In this document: one piece after another, positions 20,065-29,693 of the stretch
How the letters are laid out: each line of letters starts with the position of its first letter
How positions within the stretch are numbered: position 1 is the stretch's first letter
Assembly (NCBI GenBank): GCA_964490975.1
Contig: CAZBEQ010000002.1
Span: forward strand, 75,900-139,899
DNA: 64,000 nt
Direction of reading: 5' to 3'
Source: an uncultured Oscillospiraceae bacterium
Lineage (GTDB): Bacteria; Bacillota; Clostridia; Acetivibrionales; DTU013
Translations under genes and position numbers: made by a program
The notes under the pieces: model-generated
Told to the model about the DNA's origin: nothing
The model's database searches: none
The model's input: the letters and a program-made list of their open reading frames with translations, nothing else

Positions 20065-21456
20065 TTACATGGTGAGCACTCCATTTGGCGTGTCAACTAT
20101 CATCAATATATCCTCTTCCTCTCCTGTGGCGGCATTTATATATACCAGAAAATCCTTATCATTGAGTTTTCCCTTAAACTCATAGCAAAACAGCTCTTTC
20201 TTGTATTCTGTTGGTATGAATACAAGACTGGAGCTTTTTACATTCATTTTACCATTGATCTTTTTTCTAGCCTCCTCTTCAGATATAGCGGGCTTTGGTA
20301 TATCACGTTCTGTGTGGTTGGATAGGTAGGTCTTTGCCTCAATACCGATTATCTCTCCTGTATCAAGGGCAACCTTAAGCTTTATCAGATCAGGGTACAT
20401 CGTTACCTCATCCTGTGTATATGCATAATTAATCGTAGCAATGTTCTCCTGCTTTGTATAATAAGTGTCCTTCATATTGTCATAGCCTTTTTCCTTAAGA
20501 AATTTCACGCCGGCAGCTTTAGCCTTATCCATATCAAGCTTTGCTTCTTTTACCGGCCTGTTGTTGAGCATCCATACGATATGGCCGCCCTTTTGTGTAA
20601 CACCGACGTTTACCACTTGATCCTTGGGCGCATTTTTAAGCTTAACCTGAAAACTATAGGTTTTTATCGGGCCATTATCACTCTTACCTGAGTCCTTCAC
20701 ATCCTCGACACGATCCTTCCCAAGAAAATCGCGCACCTTTTCTCTGGCCTTATCAACGCTCACATTGTCACCTGTAAGCCCGCGGGCTTCAGCAGTACTC
20801 ATATGGTCTGAAAACGGGCCGTCATAGATCAAAGTAGGATAATCCTTGAAGTTATCTCCTATAGTCTCAAACTTTTTCAACATTTCGCCGGGCTTGCTCT
20901 TGCTGAATAATTTCGTTCCTTTATTGGCAAGCTCCCCCCATCTCAATCTGCCTGCATTCAAATCATCCTGCAGATCCCCGAGTTTTTTATTTAATGAAGA
21001 GGAATACTTGTAAAGCTTTTCGACCATGCCATACTGCTCATCACTTAAAGCCTTTCCTTTTATGTTCTGGTTATCAAGTGTCAGGCTGAGGTCGCCAACC
21101 TGGCTGAGAAATTTTGATGTGCTTGCTAATACAGGTTGGGATACAGGTAGCTGTCCAAGGTTTGTCTGAGCAAGATCAGCCTGTTTCCATGCCTCCTGCA
21201 AAGTGATAGCCGTTCTGTCTGTAGTAGTACTGACCATGGATTTGGCCAGAAGCGTTTCCACATTGTTAACATATCCAACCATCTCGTAAAATGCTCTGTT
21301 GTACTGGTTATCAAGCTCCTGCCTTAGATTTGCCGCATGCTTGAACTGGTAAATGCCCCACAGGGCTATTGCACATATAACCGTTATAACTATGCTGTAC
21401 ATTCTTCTGTCAGATAGTCTTCTTTTAAAATCCAGAAGCTTATCGCGTATACCCAT
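20065..21456 (-). CDS. ypeB: germination protein YpeB
   Basis: N-terminal anchor, a long YpeB-type region and C-terminal PepSY-like repeats. Lies immediately downstream of the sleB-like gene. Confidence 0.85.
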   Translation of the reverse strand: MGIRDKLLDFKRRLSDRRMYSIVITVICAIALWGIYQFKHAANLRQELDNQYNRAFYEMVGYVNNVETLLAKSMVSTTTDRTAITLQEAWKQADLAQTNLGQLPVSQPVLASTSKFLSQVGDLSLTLDNQNIKGKALSDEQYGMVEKLYKYSSSLNKKLGDLQDDLNAGRLRWGELANKGTKLFSKSKPGEMLKKFETIGDNFKDYPTLIYDGPFSDHMSTAEARGLTGDNVSVDKAREKVRDFLGKDRVEDVKDSGKSDNGPIKTYSFQVKLKNAPKDQVVNVGVTQKGGHIVWMLNNRPVKEAKLDMDKAKAAGVKFLKEKGYDNMKDTYYTKQENIATINYAYTQDEVTMYPDLIKLKVALDTGEIIGIEAKTYLSNHTERDIPKPAISEEEARKKINGKMNVKSSSLVFIPTEYKKELFCYEFKGKLNDKDFLVYINAATGEEEDILMIVDTPNGVLTM

Positions 21457-21500
21457 TGCCTCTTACCTCCTTAAAATCCGCTCACCAGCCACAAGGCAGG

Positions 21501-21971
21501 TCATATCCCAAAATTATGTTTCCCTATTTTTGCTACGATTTTCCTGCTCCATATCCATGAGCTGGTTGCGGTAGCAGGGTTCCAGTAGTATATGCAGCCA
21601 TTGGTGGGATCCCAGCCGTTCAATGCGTCCTGCGCAGCCTTGACAACCGTAGACCCGGGATCGATCGGCACGCTTATCTGCCCGTCACTAACTGCCGTAA
21701 AGGCACCCGGCTGATAGATCACACCCGAAATTGTATTAGGGAAGTTAGGGTCCTTGACCCTGTTTAAGATTACTGCGCCAACCGCTACCTGGCCTTCATA
21801 AGGCTCACCCCTGGCCTCTCCGTTGATAGCTCTGGCCAGAAGCTGCACATCACTGATATTGCTGTTCTGTGCATATACAACATTTAAAATGCTTAAAGGA
21901 TCAGGTCCGGCAATCAAGAATATGCATATCAAAAAAAGCATAAAAATCAAGACAGCTTTCTTTAGCTTCAA
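21501..21971 (-). CDS. sleB: spore cortex-lytic enzyme SleB-type cell-wall hydrolase (catalytic domain only)
   Basis: Signal peptide plus the Hydrolase_2 motif block ARAINGEARGEPYEGQVAVGAVILNRV...YQPGAFTAV. Confidence 0.85.
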   Translation of the reverse strand: MKLKKAVLIFMLFLICIFLIAGPDPLSILNVVYAQNSNISDVQLLARAINGEARGEPYEGQVAVGAVILNRVKDPNFPNTISGVIYQPGAFTAVSDGQISVPIDPGSTVVKAAQDALNGWDPTNGCIYYWNPATATSSWIWSRKIVAKIGKHNFGI

Positions 21972-22124
21972 GGCTCACCCTCCTCAAACAACATATCCGG
22001 ACATTTACTATCCGATTCTAATTATTCTCTTCATAACCAAAAGAAATATTCCAGAGAAGAGGTTTCAGATGCGTTATAACTAAGGACAATTTTGCTAATA
22101 ATGAGTATTGGAGGTAGGCAGCAA

Positions 22125-23264
22125 ATGAAAATACTGTTTTTGACCGCATCCACCGGTGGTGGTCATGTCAAGGCTTCACAGGCTCTCATGGAGAATATGG
22201 AGCGCCGGATACCGGGATGCAGGACTACCCTGATCGATGCTTTGAAATACATAAATCCAGCAGTCGACAGGCTAATAACAGGAACATACCTGCAAACAAT
22301 AAAAAAAGCTCCCTACATATATGGCAGGCTGTATGATCTCTCTGAGAAAGATGAGAAATACACCGATTTTGTCAAGGTTTTCAACAGTATGCTTGCCCCA
22401 AGACTGTTGAAGGCTTTTGTGGAGGAAATGCCTGATGCCGTCGTCTGTACACATACAATACCTCTTCAGATGGTCTCTCAGCTTAAAAAAGCAGGTTGTG
22501 TCCAGATCCCCGTTATCGGCATAGTGACTGACTATGCCAATCATTTTTTTTATAAGCTGGAAGAAACTGACGCCTTTATTGTAGCGCACGAGTGTATAAA
22601 ATCAGATATGATAAGGATGGGCATTGCCAGAGACAAGATCCATGCCCTCGGGATCCCTGTATCAAGACGCTTTACTGAAAGCTGCGGGAGTAATCCAATA
22701 ATTGATAAAGGTCGGAAGGAAAAACCTGTGGTGCTGCTGATGGGTGGAAGTTTAGGGCTATGCAACATGAAGTATGTTTTTATGTCTCTGCTGAAGCTAT
22801 CAAAGGACATCAGGATAATTGCTGTCACCGGACATAACAGCAAGCTGAAATATGAGCTTGAGAAGCTATCGTCAACATCCTCAAAGCAGATAAAGGTACT
22901 GGGATATACAGATAATATAAGCGGCCTGATGGATACCGCAAGCGTAATCATAACAAAGCCTGGAGACATAACAGTAACTGAAGCTCTTGTAAAAAGGCTT
23001 CCCATACTCATAATAGATCCTATTCCCGGGCAGGAAGAAAGAAACGCAGAATTTCTCATTAATGCCGGCGCAGCGATACGCCTGCCGAATGATCGCTCTC
23101 TGCCAAGCGCTCTTGAAAAAGCACTGGATAGCCCATTTCTGCTGCAAAGGATGTCCGTGGAGGCAGAAAAGCTAGCTAAGCCCAATGCATGCGAAGACGC
23201 CACAAGGCTTGTAAGAGAGCTAGTTCTTGACGAATGCTCATATGCTTTACATGTTGGGGAGTAA
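22125..23264 (+). CDS. MGDG-synthase / UgtP-like diacylglycerol glycosyltransferase (GT28)
   Basis: MKILFLTASTGGGHVKA N-terminus and a C-terminal GT-B motif (KPGDITVTEAL...P.PGQEERNA). GGAGG lies upstream of the ATG at 22125. Confidence 0.85.
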   Translation: MKILFLTASTGGGHVKASQALMENMERRIPGCRTTLIDALKYINPAVDRLITGTYLQTIKKAPYIYGRLYDLSEKDEKYTDFVKVFNSMLAPRLLKAFVEEMPDAVVCTHTIPLQMVSQLKKAGCVQIPVIGIVTDYANHFFYKLEETDAFIVAHECIKSDMIRMGIARDKIHALGIPVSRRFTESCGSNPIIDKGRKEKPVVLLMGGSLGLCNMKYVFMSLLKLSKDIRIIAVTGHNSKLKYELEKLSSTSSKQIKVLGYTDNISGLMDTASVIITKPGDITVTEALVKRLPILIIDPIPGQEERNAEFLINAGAAIRLPNDRSLPSALEKALDSPFLLQRMSVEAEKLAKPNACEDATRLVRELVLDECSYALHVGE

Positions 23265-23283
23265 TATGGTTAGCTTGATCAGG

Positions 23284-24291
23284 CTAATTAAAAATTCTTC
23301 TGACAGCCACTGCGATCCCATCAGGATTTTCCCTGTTAATATCACCTATAGCAGCATAGCCGGTTTTCCGGCCTGCATAAATGAAACTGCCATCCCCGAT
23401 GTATATGCCGGAACATGTTATGCTATCCATATCATTTTCTCCGGTACCCGACATGAAAACAAGATCTCCTGCTTTGGCATCTTCAAGCTCGACCGCAGTT
23501 CCTGTGGACATTTGCCCTTCGACATTAACCGGAAGATTTATTCCGTTAATACGCGCACAAATATAAACAAGACTGGCAGAGTCAATACCCATCGAACTCA
23601 TACCATTGATCATAAAGCTTGTTCCCTTGAACCTGAGAGCTGTTGATGCAAAATCCTCAGCATTTGTAACCAGGATGACATCGCCCACCGGGATACGGAT
23701 AATACCGCTCCCTCCAAGCCATCCTGTTCTGTTGCCGGGTAGAAACACTTCATATGAATCCTCTATATTGTTAAAAGCAAAAAATTCGGTGCCCATTTGA
23801 GCATTGACCAACGTGATACCGCCGTCAGGTCCGGAATTAACAGTCTTTTCCCTGCTTGTGACAATGATCTTGTAGGTATAGACTCTACCCGTAAGGCTCG
23901 ATAGGTCATCACTGATATATCTCGATTTAATCCAACCCGTTATTCCGTTGACTGTTTTGACCTTCGCCCAACCGCCATCATTATTAAATACGCTGACAGG
24001 TTGGTTGCAAAGCACCTGGGAAATGCGTTCCGATTTTACATCCGGTTTATTAAAAATATCAGCAACATTTTCAGTCACAACAGCAGCTTTTTCATTCATT
24101 GGTATCCCGTAGATATACTCCACTTCCTGACCTGTACTGTCTCCCGAATCGCCGGCGTCACTGCTGACCGTTGCAGACACCTGTGTATCCTTACCCTCGC
24201 AGCCGCCAAGTAATGCTGCCAAAAGCAACACGCCTGCAATCATCAGACCTGTAAAAATTTTTTTACATTCACCCTTGTAAAGGCTCCTCAT
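23284..24291 (-). CDS. lipoprotein with SH3b-like and NlpC/P60-like domains, catalytic residues substituted
   Basis: Lipobox LLGGC. The NlpC/P60 block aligns by eye but reads GIDSAS (not DCSG), CSGIYIG (not HxGIYIG) and FIYA (not FIHA). Confidence 0.8.
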   Translation of the reverse strand: MRSLYKGECKKIFTGLMIAGVLLLAALLGGCEGKDTQVSATVSSDAGDSGDSTGQEVEYIYGIPMNEKAAVVTENVADIFNKPDVKSERISQVLCNQPVSVFNNDGGWAKVKTVNGITGWIKSRYISDDLSSLTGRVYTYKIIVTSREKTVNSGPDGGITLVNAQMGTEFFAFNNIEDSYEVFLPGNRTGWLGGSGIIRIPVGDVILVTNAEDFASTALRFKGTSFMINGMSSMGIDSASLVYICARINGINLPVNVEGQMSTGTAVELEDAKAGDLVFMSGTGENDMDSITCSGIYIGDGSFIYAGRKTGYAAIGDINRENPDGIAVAVRRIFN

Positions 24292-26311
24292 ACCCCAACT
24301 CCACCAAATTTATTCTGTTCCCGAATATATGGCCAGCCAGCTCTACCTCACGGCGTTTACATGTAAGAATGAATATCTGGCTGTCTCTGTACTCGTTATG
24401 TAGATATTCTAACGCAAGAGCGGTCCTGTTGTCATCAAGCTGTGAAAAAACTTCATCCATAATCAAAGGCAGGCGTTCTGAACCTGACGTCAATATATCT
24501 GTCATAGCAAGCCTCATAGCAAGGTACATCTGGTCCGCAGTACCACCGCTTAGCAAAAGCGCGTTTTTCACTTCTCCGAAACCTGGTACTGCAACCCTCA
24601 GGGACAGCTCCCCATCACCTCTCAGGTCTTCATACCTTTGTCCTGTAAGGCCCGCAACTATACTGCTCATTCTGTTGTTCAAACCAGGCGCAAAATCGTG
24701 TCTTATTTCCATGCTTGCTTCCGAAAGCACATCAAGAGCAAGCTTTATTGCATTTCCCTTGCTTCTAAGATACGCGATTTTCTCTTTTACCGCAACGGTT
24801 TCTTCTTCCACACGCGCAAGCTCATCGGAGTTTTCCCTCTCATCATCAGCCATGCCTTCAAAGTACTTTCCCCTCAGCGCTGTCTCGAGCAATTCTTTTT
24901 TAACGCTTTCGTTTACAGTCTTCAGCATTGCCTCAAGGCTGGCAATATCGGTATCATATATAAGTATATCCAGGTCCTCCCTGGCAAAGCTGTCCTCTCT
25001 GCCATATTCCATAGTCAACACTTCATCAAGTCCTTGCTGCAGTTGAGAGCTTAACTCCTCCAGCTCTGTTTGCACATCCCTTACCGCATTTCTGACATCT
25101 TCCATGTCATCGAGTCTGTTGCCATAAATCAAAGAAGCGCTGTTCAAAGTATTCCTTCTTATCATGGCAAGACCTTCGGACCCCTCCCTGGATATATCCC
25201 CATACGTTTGACAGGAAACTGTGCCCTTTAAGACTTTTTTCAGATTTACAGCTCCAACGATTAATGCCACAAGCATGATCAGCACATATAGATAAATCTG
25301 TGTGGGTAAGCTTTCCTGCCACTGGCCTGCGCCCTTATAAACCAGCAGTGCGCAAGAAATCAAGGCAGCGGCAGAAAGAATCAGCATAATGTAGTCGGCA
25401 GTTTTACCAGAACGGCCCGTATTTTTGGCAGCAGTGTCCTTGCGCTCCATGGTTTCTGCGATCCGCCTCTCTATATCCTCCAGCAATGCTGCCGTTTCCC
25501 TGAGATTAGCCTCCTTTTTTATACCTGCATCTATCTTCTTTCTCATCTCAATAAGCGCAGCTACTTTTGTCAGATATAATTCCTGCGCCTCCAGCGTGCC
25601 AAGGCGGCCCCTTACGTCAGCAAGCTCTTCCTTCCCGGCATACCTCTGCTTTTGTCTGGCGGACAACCTTGCATGCTCATCTTCGAGCTGCTTCAGCCTT
25701 GCTTCCAGCTTGTCCAGCGGCTGTGTCGTTGTCCTGCCAGTCCCGATCCGGTTTCTGAGCGCATTGGATAGAGCTGCCTCAGCTCTCTGGAAGGACATTC
25801 CCTCTACGCCGGTATCATTTGCATTGGAAAGCCTGGCTGCCAGTTCAGACGAATCGTTTGCGCTGATCCTGACATCCATCTGGCTAACAAAAGCAGTCCT
25901 TTTAAAGGTTGCTTCATCCATCCCCAGATGCTCATCCGCAAACAAGGGCTGCTTTTCTTTCCCAAGCCTGAATTCCCCGGAAATATCATGATAATTGCTA
26001 TCATACAAGCAAATTGAATTCTTGTTAAAATCCCGCTCAACTCGATACATGGAGCCATTATCAAGCGTATATGTGATTGAACCTCCGTATGGTAACCCAT
26101 CCCATGGCATGTACCTCTTCTGCGCAGGCGGAAGGCCGGATGCGGAATTACGTCCGCTCCTGATCCCGTAAAACATAGCTCTGATGAACCTCTGCAATGT
26201 CGATTTACCGGCTTCATTAGAACCAAATATAATGTTAAGACCGCTGTCTGGAGAGATCACCAGGTTTCTGATTTTTCCAAACCCCTTGATTTCGATCCTC
26301 TCTATACGCAT
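24269..26311 (-). CDS. SbcC/YhaN-like AAA ATPase with central TM segment and coiled coils
   Basis: Walker A GSNEAGKST at the N-terminus, a long coiled coil, two TM helices mid-protein, and a C-terminal signature/Walker B region (LLLSGGTADQ, PLIMDEVF). Confidence 0.8.
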   Translation of the reverse strand: MRIERIEIKGFGKIRNLVISPDSGLNIIFGSNEAGKSTLQRFIRAMFYGIRSGRNSASGLPPAQKRYMPWDGLPYGGSITYTLDNGSMYRVERDFNKNSICLYDSNYHDISGEFRLGKEKQPLFADEHLGMDEATFKRTAFVSQMDVRISANDSSELAARLSNANDTGVEGMSFQRAEAALSNALRNRIGTGRTTTQPLDKLEARLKQLEDEHARLSARQKQRYAGKEELADVRGRLGTLEAQELYLTKVAALIEMRKKIDAGIKKEANLRETAALLEDIERRIAETMERKDTAAKNTGRSGKTADYIMLILSAAALISCALLVYKGAGQWQESLPTQIYLYVLIMLVALIVGAVNLKKVLKGTVSCQTYGDISREGSEGLAMIRRNTLNSASLIYGNRLDDMEDVRNAVRDVQTELEELSSQLQQGLDEVLTMEYGREDSFAREDLDILIYDTDIASLEAMLKTVNESVKKELLETALRGKYFEGMADDERENSDELARVEEETVAVKEKIAYLRSKGNAIKLALDVLSEASMEIRHDFAPGLNNRMSSIVAGLTGQRYEDLRGDGELSLRVAVPGFGEVKNALLLSGGTADQMYLAMRLAMTDILTSGSERLPLIMDEVFSQLDDNRTALALEYLHNEYRDSQIFILTCKRREVELAGHIFGNRINLVELGYEEPLQG

Positions 26312-27411
26312 ACCTTACCCTCGTCAATTGCCTCCAGTCCATAATAAAGCGCCTGCATTAACAGCTTGGCATCTTCCTCATCAGCCTTTGCAGCCCTAGC
26401 AAGCATTTTTCTTGTAAACAGCCCCCTGAGTCCCTGCTCCTGTGAGATTTGCTTCAAATCATAATCAGGTACAGTATTATCTATAACCCTGATATAAAAT
26501 GCCTTTCCGGTTAACAGCTCTGCAACTGCTTCAACGTCCAGCCTGATATCGGACGGTACCCGGCCATTTAGAAATATCCTGAAAATATCCTCTCCGCTCC
26601 CTGTCTTATCCATTTCAGCGGCAGCACTGACCGCTGCCTGCTCATTATTGAGGCATCCGCTGACATCTGCAGCAAGATTGATGGCGCGCCTTGAGCAAAG
26701 CTTTATAAATTTAGTTTCTATAATAGCTTTATTACCAGACTTCTTTTCAATGACAGACAAGTATGCGCCATGCTCTCCCTCTTCATCAAAGCCAAGCGGT
26801 TCAGGACTGCCTGCATTATAAAAAATGCCGCCGGGACCTGCACCTAATATCCTGGAGTGGAAATGCCCCAGAGCGCAGTAATCGAAGCCCTGTCCCGCGA
26901 TCTCCCTGCCGGATATGGGGTTGAATGCGCCTGCGCTGAACGGCATGTCCAATGTCCCATGGTGCATCAGAATATTGATAAATGACGGATCTGTAACTCC
27001 GCAGGCTGAACCTCCATAGACTCTGGCGCCTGAAGAAGGGTGCTTATAAACATCATTGCTGCCAAGTATATGAACGTTTTTGGGCCACTCATGTTCACTG
27101 TAAAAAGAGCCAGGCATAAACGGATCATGATTCCCCGGTATGATCAGTACCGGTATGCCCTGTATTCTGCTAAATTGGTCGCATATATAGTGTACAGAGC
27201 TTTTTGCCGTATAACCATGTTCATACAGATCTCCGCAAACAAGCACAAGATCAGGATTCTTACTCAATGCCAGATCAATTATCCTTGACAGTGCACCCTT
27301 TAGATCCTGCCTCCTTTTAACAGGCTTTCCCTCCATATCCGAAAGCGTTGTGAAAGGAGCATCCAAATGAAGATCTCCGAACTGGAGCAGCTTGACCCTC
27401 ATCCCATCCAC
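26302..27411 (-). CDS. SbcD/YhaO-like metallophosphoesterase (DNA repair exonuclease)
   Basis: Calcineurin-like motifs GDLHLD, CGDLYE, GNHD and GHFH. Overlaps the downstream ATPase gene by 10 nt. Confidence 0.85.
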   Translation of the reverse strand: MDGMRVKLLQFGDLHLDAPFTTLSDMEGKPVKRRQDLKGALSRIIDLALSKNPDLVLVCGDLYEHGYTAKSSVHYICDQFSRIQGIPVLIIPGNHDPFMPGSFYSEHEWPKNVHILGSNDVYKHPSSGARVYGGSACGVTDPSFINILMHHGTLDMPFSAGAFNPISGREIAGQGFDYCALGHFHSRILGAGPGGIFYNAGSPEPLGFDEEGEHGAYLSVIEKKSGNKAIIETKFIKLCSRRAINLAADVSGCLNNEQAAVSAAAEMDKTGSGEDIFRIFLNGRVPSDIRLDVEAVAELLTGKAFYIRVIDNTVPDYDLKQISQEQGLRGLFTRKMLARAAKADEEDAKLLMQALYYGLEAIDEGKVCV

Positions 27412-27414
27412 CTC

Positions 27415-27792
27415 TCAAATATCGATCACTGCATATGCCACAGCATACATGCCGCAGTGCGAAAGACTTATGTCAATACTTTTTGCATTCATTTCATTGA
27501 AAATCTCAAGAGCTCGTTTAGTCAAGAACGCATGCGGTTTTCCACTGTTATCATTGCCGATCTCAATGTGCTTCCACTCGATACCCTCCGCCAGACCGGT
27601 TCCCAACGCCTTCAGCACTGCTTCCTTGGCTGCGAATCTGGCGGCATAGCTTTCATATTTAGCCTTATTCCTGCCTTCACAGTAGGCGATCTCATTGTCT
27701 GTAAAAACCCTTTCCTTGAAGCTGTCAAGCTCATCGAGCGACTTTTTGATCCTATCTATCTCGATTATATCCACACCACAATGCGTCGACAT
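27415..27792 (-). CDS. acpS: holo-[acyl-carrier-protein] synthase
   Basis: 125 aa with GVDIIEIDRI ... FAAKEAVLKALG ... SLSH, typical of AcpS. Confidence 0.92.
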   Translation of the reverse strand: MSTHCGVDIIEIDRIKKSLDELDSFKERVFTDNEIAYCEGRNKAKYESYAARFAAKEAVLKALGTGLAEGIEWKHIEIGNDNSGKPHAFLTKRALEIFNEMNAKSIDISLSHCGMYAVAYAVIDI

Positions 27793-27949
27793 TTACTATT
27801 CCCAGGCTCCTTTTCACATTCTTTCATTTTGACTATCGGAATTGCATAAGTGTTCCTTTAACACATTCCACCTTAAATGAAAAAGGGGGCGTGAAATCAG
27901 TTCTGATAATTTCCCGGCCCCTGTAATAATTTTAAATGGTTATGAGAGA

Positions 27950-28780
27950 CTACATCCTCAGTTTATTCCTGCGTCTGTCTTCAAGCACCGAGTCGAGCGC
28001 CTCCGCCTCATTGACTGCTGTTTCCAACTGCTCAAGCATTTCCTCGTTTTCGACACTGGACATGATCTGGTGCTTGAACATATTCACCGTGCTTTCCATA
28101 TAATCAAGCTTCGCGCTTATCCTCTCCAGATCCTTTTTCTCGTCCTTGAGCCTTCCTATCAGCTTTTCATCCATCTCGATTATCTTCCTGACATCCTCTG
28201 CCATACTGCTGTCCTTGGCAAAGCTCAGCTTCCTGCTGTTATTATTTATCCTGGCTGACACGGCGCCCACATCGACATTGCTAAGCTCACGGCTCCTGAT
28301 GCAGAAATTGTTCAGCAGCTTCAGATAGGCAGTTACAAGATTCAGCGTCTGCTCAACGATTTTTTCCTTGAGATAACTGTGTTCTCCTGTAGAATAGGAG
28401 GTGAAAATATCGTTCTTGTCCTCCATTACCTTTCTGAGCTTCTGCATATAAGTATTATTTGTATTCCTTCTGGCCTCAGAAGAAAGCCTGTTGGCAAGCC
28501 GGTTCAATTCCCTTATGTTCCTGAACTTCTCCTTCTGGTTGAACTCCGTATGGAACTTCTTGCTCAGAAGAGTCTGGACGACAAATATCATATAGACAGC
28601 AATGCTTCCTGTCAAAATAAACGATCCCGGCAGCGCGCCATTTATACCAAATAAACGGGGCAGTGCTGTAGGGTCGCTCCAAAGAGCCGCAAGGATCAAT
28701 GCCGCAGCCAATATCCCCAGGTTCTTTAACTTAAATAATGCGCTCAAAACTATTCTTGCTCTCATAAGGTCAACCACCAT
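27950..28780 (-). CDS. 2-TM membrane protein with long cytoplasmic coiled coil, encoded just after pspA
   Basis: Two N-terminal hydrophobic helices are followed by about 190 aa of charged heptad-like sequence. The gene starts 29 nt after the pspA stop. Confidence 0.65.
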   Translation of the reverse strand: MVVDLMRARIVLSALFKLKNLGILAAALILAALWSDPTALPRLFGINGALPGSFILTGSIAVYMIFVVQTLLSKKFHTEFNQKEKFRNIRELNRLANRLSSEARRNTNNTYMQKLRKVMEDKNDIFTSYSTGEHSYLKEKIVEQTLNLVTAYLKLLNNFCIRSRELSNVDVGAVSARINNNSRKLSFAKDSSMAEDVRKIIEMDEKLIGRLKDEKKDLERISAKLDYMESTVNMFKHQIMSSVENEEMLEQLETAVNEAEALDSVLEDRRRNKLRM

Positions 28781-28808
28781 TCCTGCATTTATACAAAAAC
28801 TATCACAA

Positions 28809-29537
28809 TTACTGTGAAACCTTGTTCTCAGTCTTTTCCTTCACTTCAAAACCCTGCTCGTTTCCGAGAAGTGCCTCAGCTCTAGCTCTGGCCCTGTCTC
28901 TTGCAGAGTTCATGTCAAGCCTCTTGAGCTTGAGATCCATATTTGTATCTCCAAGTGACTCCACTGCATTGGCGCGGGCAGTCTTTTTATTGACAAGCTC
29001 TCTTGCTCTGTCCATGCTTTCATTCACACTGCCGACAGTGTTGCTTCTGGAGGTATATTTTGCATTGACTGAATTGATATTCTCCCTGAGCTGCGCCATC
29101 TTAGCCTGCGATTTCAGCGTCTTGAGCTCATTGAGCTTGGCATTCATCTCAGACTCGAATATCTTGTAGTCCTCCCTGATCTTCGCCACTTCAGCCATTG
29201 CTGTATCATAAGTAGCCTTATGGGTATCATATGTAGCCTGATATTCTTCCTCCTGCATGAGCAGCTCTATCAAAAGCTCTCTGTCTCCCTGCTTCTGAGC
29301 AGATTCTGCCCTTGCCTTGACAGTTGCCAGATTCTTTTCAGCATTCCTCATTTCGATCTTGATCATTTCGGCATTGGTCTGTATCTCCAGAATCTGCTGC
29401 TCTGCTTCCTTTCTAGCCCTGTCTATCTGCATCTTGATATCCTCAAATAATAGTTCCGGATTACTCTCCTCCACGCCTCCAAGCAATGTACCGAAGAAAC
29501 CCCTTATCAAAGCGCCCAGTCTACTGAAAAAACCCAT
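28809..29537 (-). CDS. pspA: PspA/IM30 (Vipp1) family protein
   Basis: MGFFSRLGALIRGFF amphipathic N-helix followed by PspA-type coiled coils (NPELLFEDIKMQIDRARKEAEQQ...). GGGAGG lies 8 nt before the ATG at 29537. Confidence 0.88.
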   Translation of the reverse strand: MGFFSRLGALIRGFFGTLLGGVEESNPELLFEDIKMQIDRARKEAEQQILEIQTNAEMIKIEMRNAEKNLATVKARAESAQKQGDRELLIELLMQEEEYQATYDTHKATYDTAMAEVAKIREDYKIFESEMNAKLNELKTLKSQAKMAQLRENINSVNAKYTSRSNTVGSVNESMDRARELVNKKTARANAVESLGDTNMDLKLKRLDMNSARDRARARAEALLGNEQGFEVKEKTENKVSQ

Positions 29538-29693
29538 ATTTGCTGCCTCCCTGTTTATTTTATTGTTACGTAAGACCATTTTTGTATATATTAAATTTAT
29601 AATAAATAATGACCGATGTAAAGGACAAATGTATGGTGACACTCCTCCCTGCAGACGCTTTTCGGAATCGGCAGCCCTGGCGATTCAACATAA

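Noticed and set aside
22550-23203. Long antisense shadow ORFs inside confident genes: this 217-aa ORF in the glycosyltransferase, 6555-7220 in gdhA, 24369-25046 in the yhaN-like gene, 41030-41827 in nifJ, and 37440-38344 in fhs.
   Set aside because: They lie opposite strongly supported coding frames, have low-complexity or Ser/Leu-rich products, and lack RBSs.
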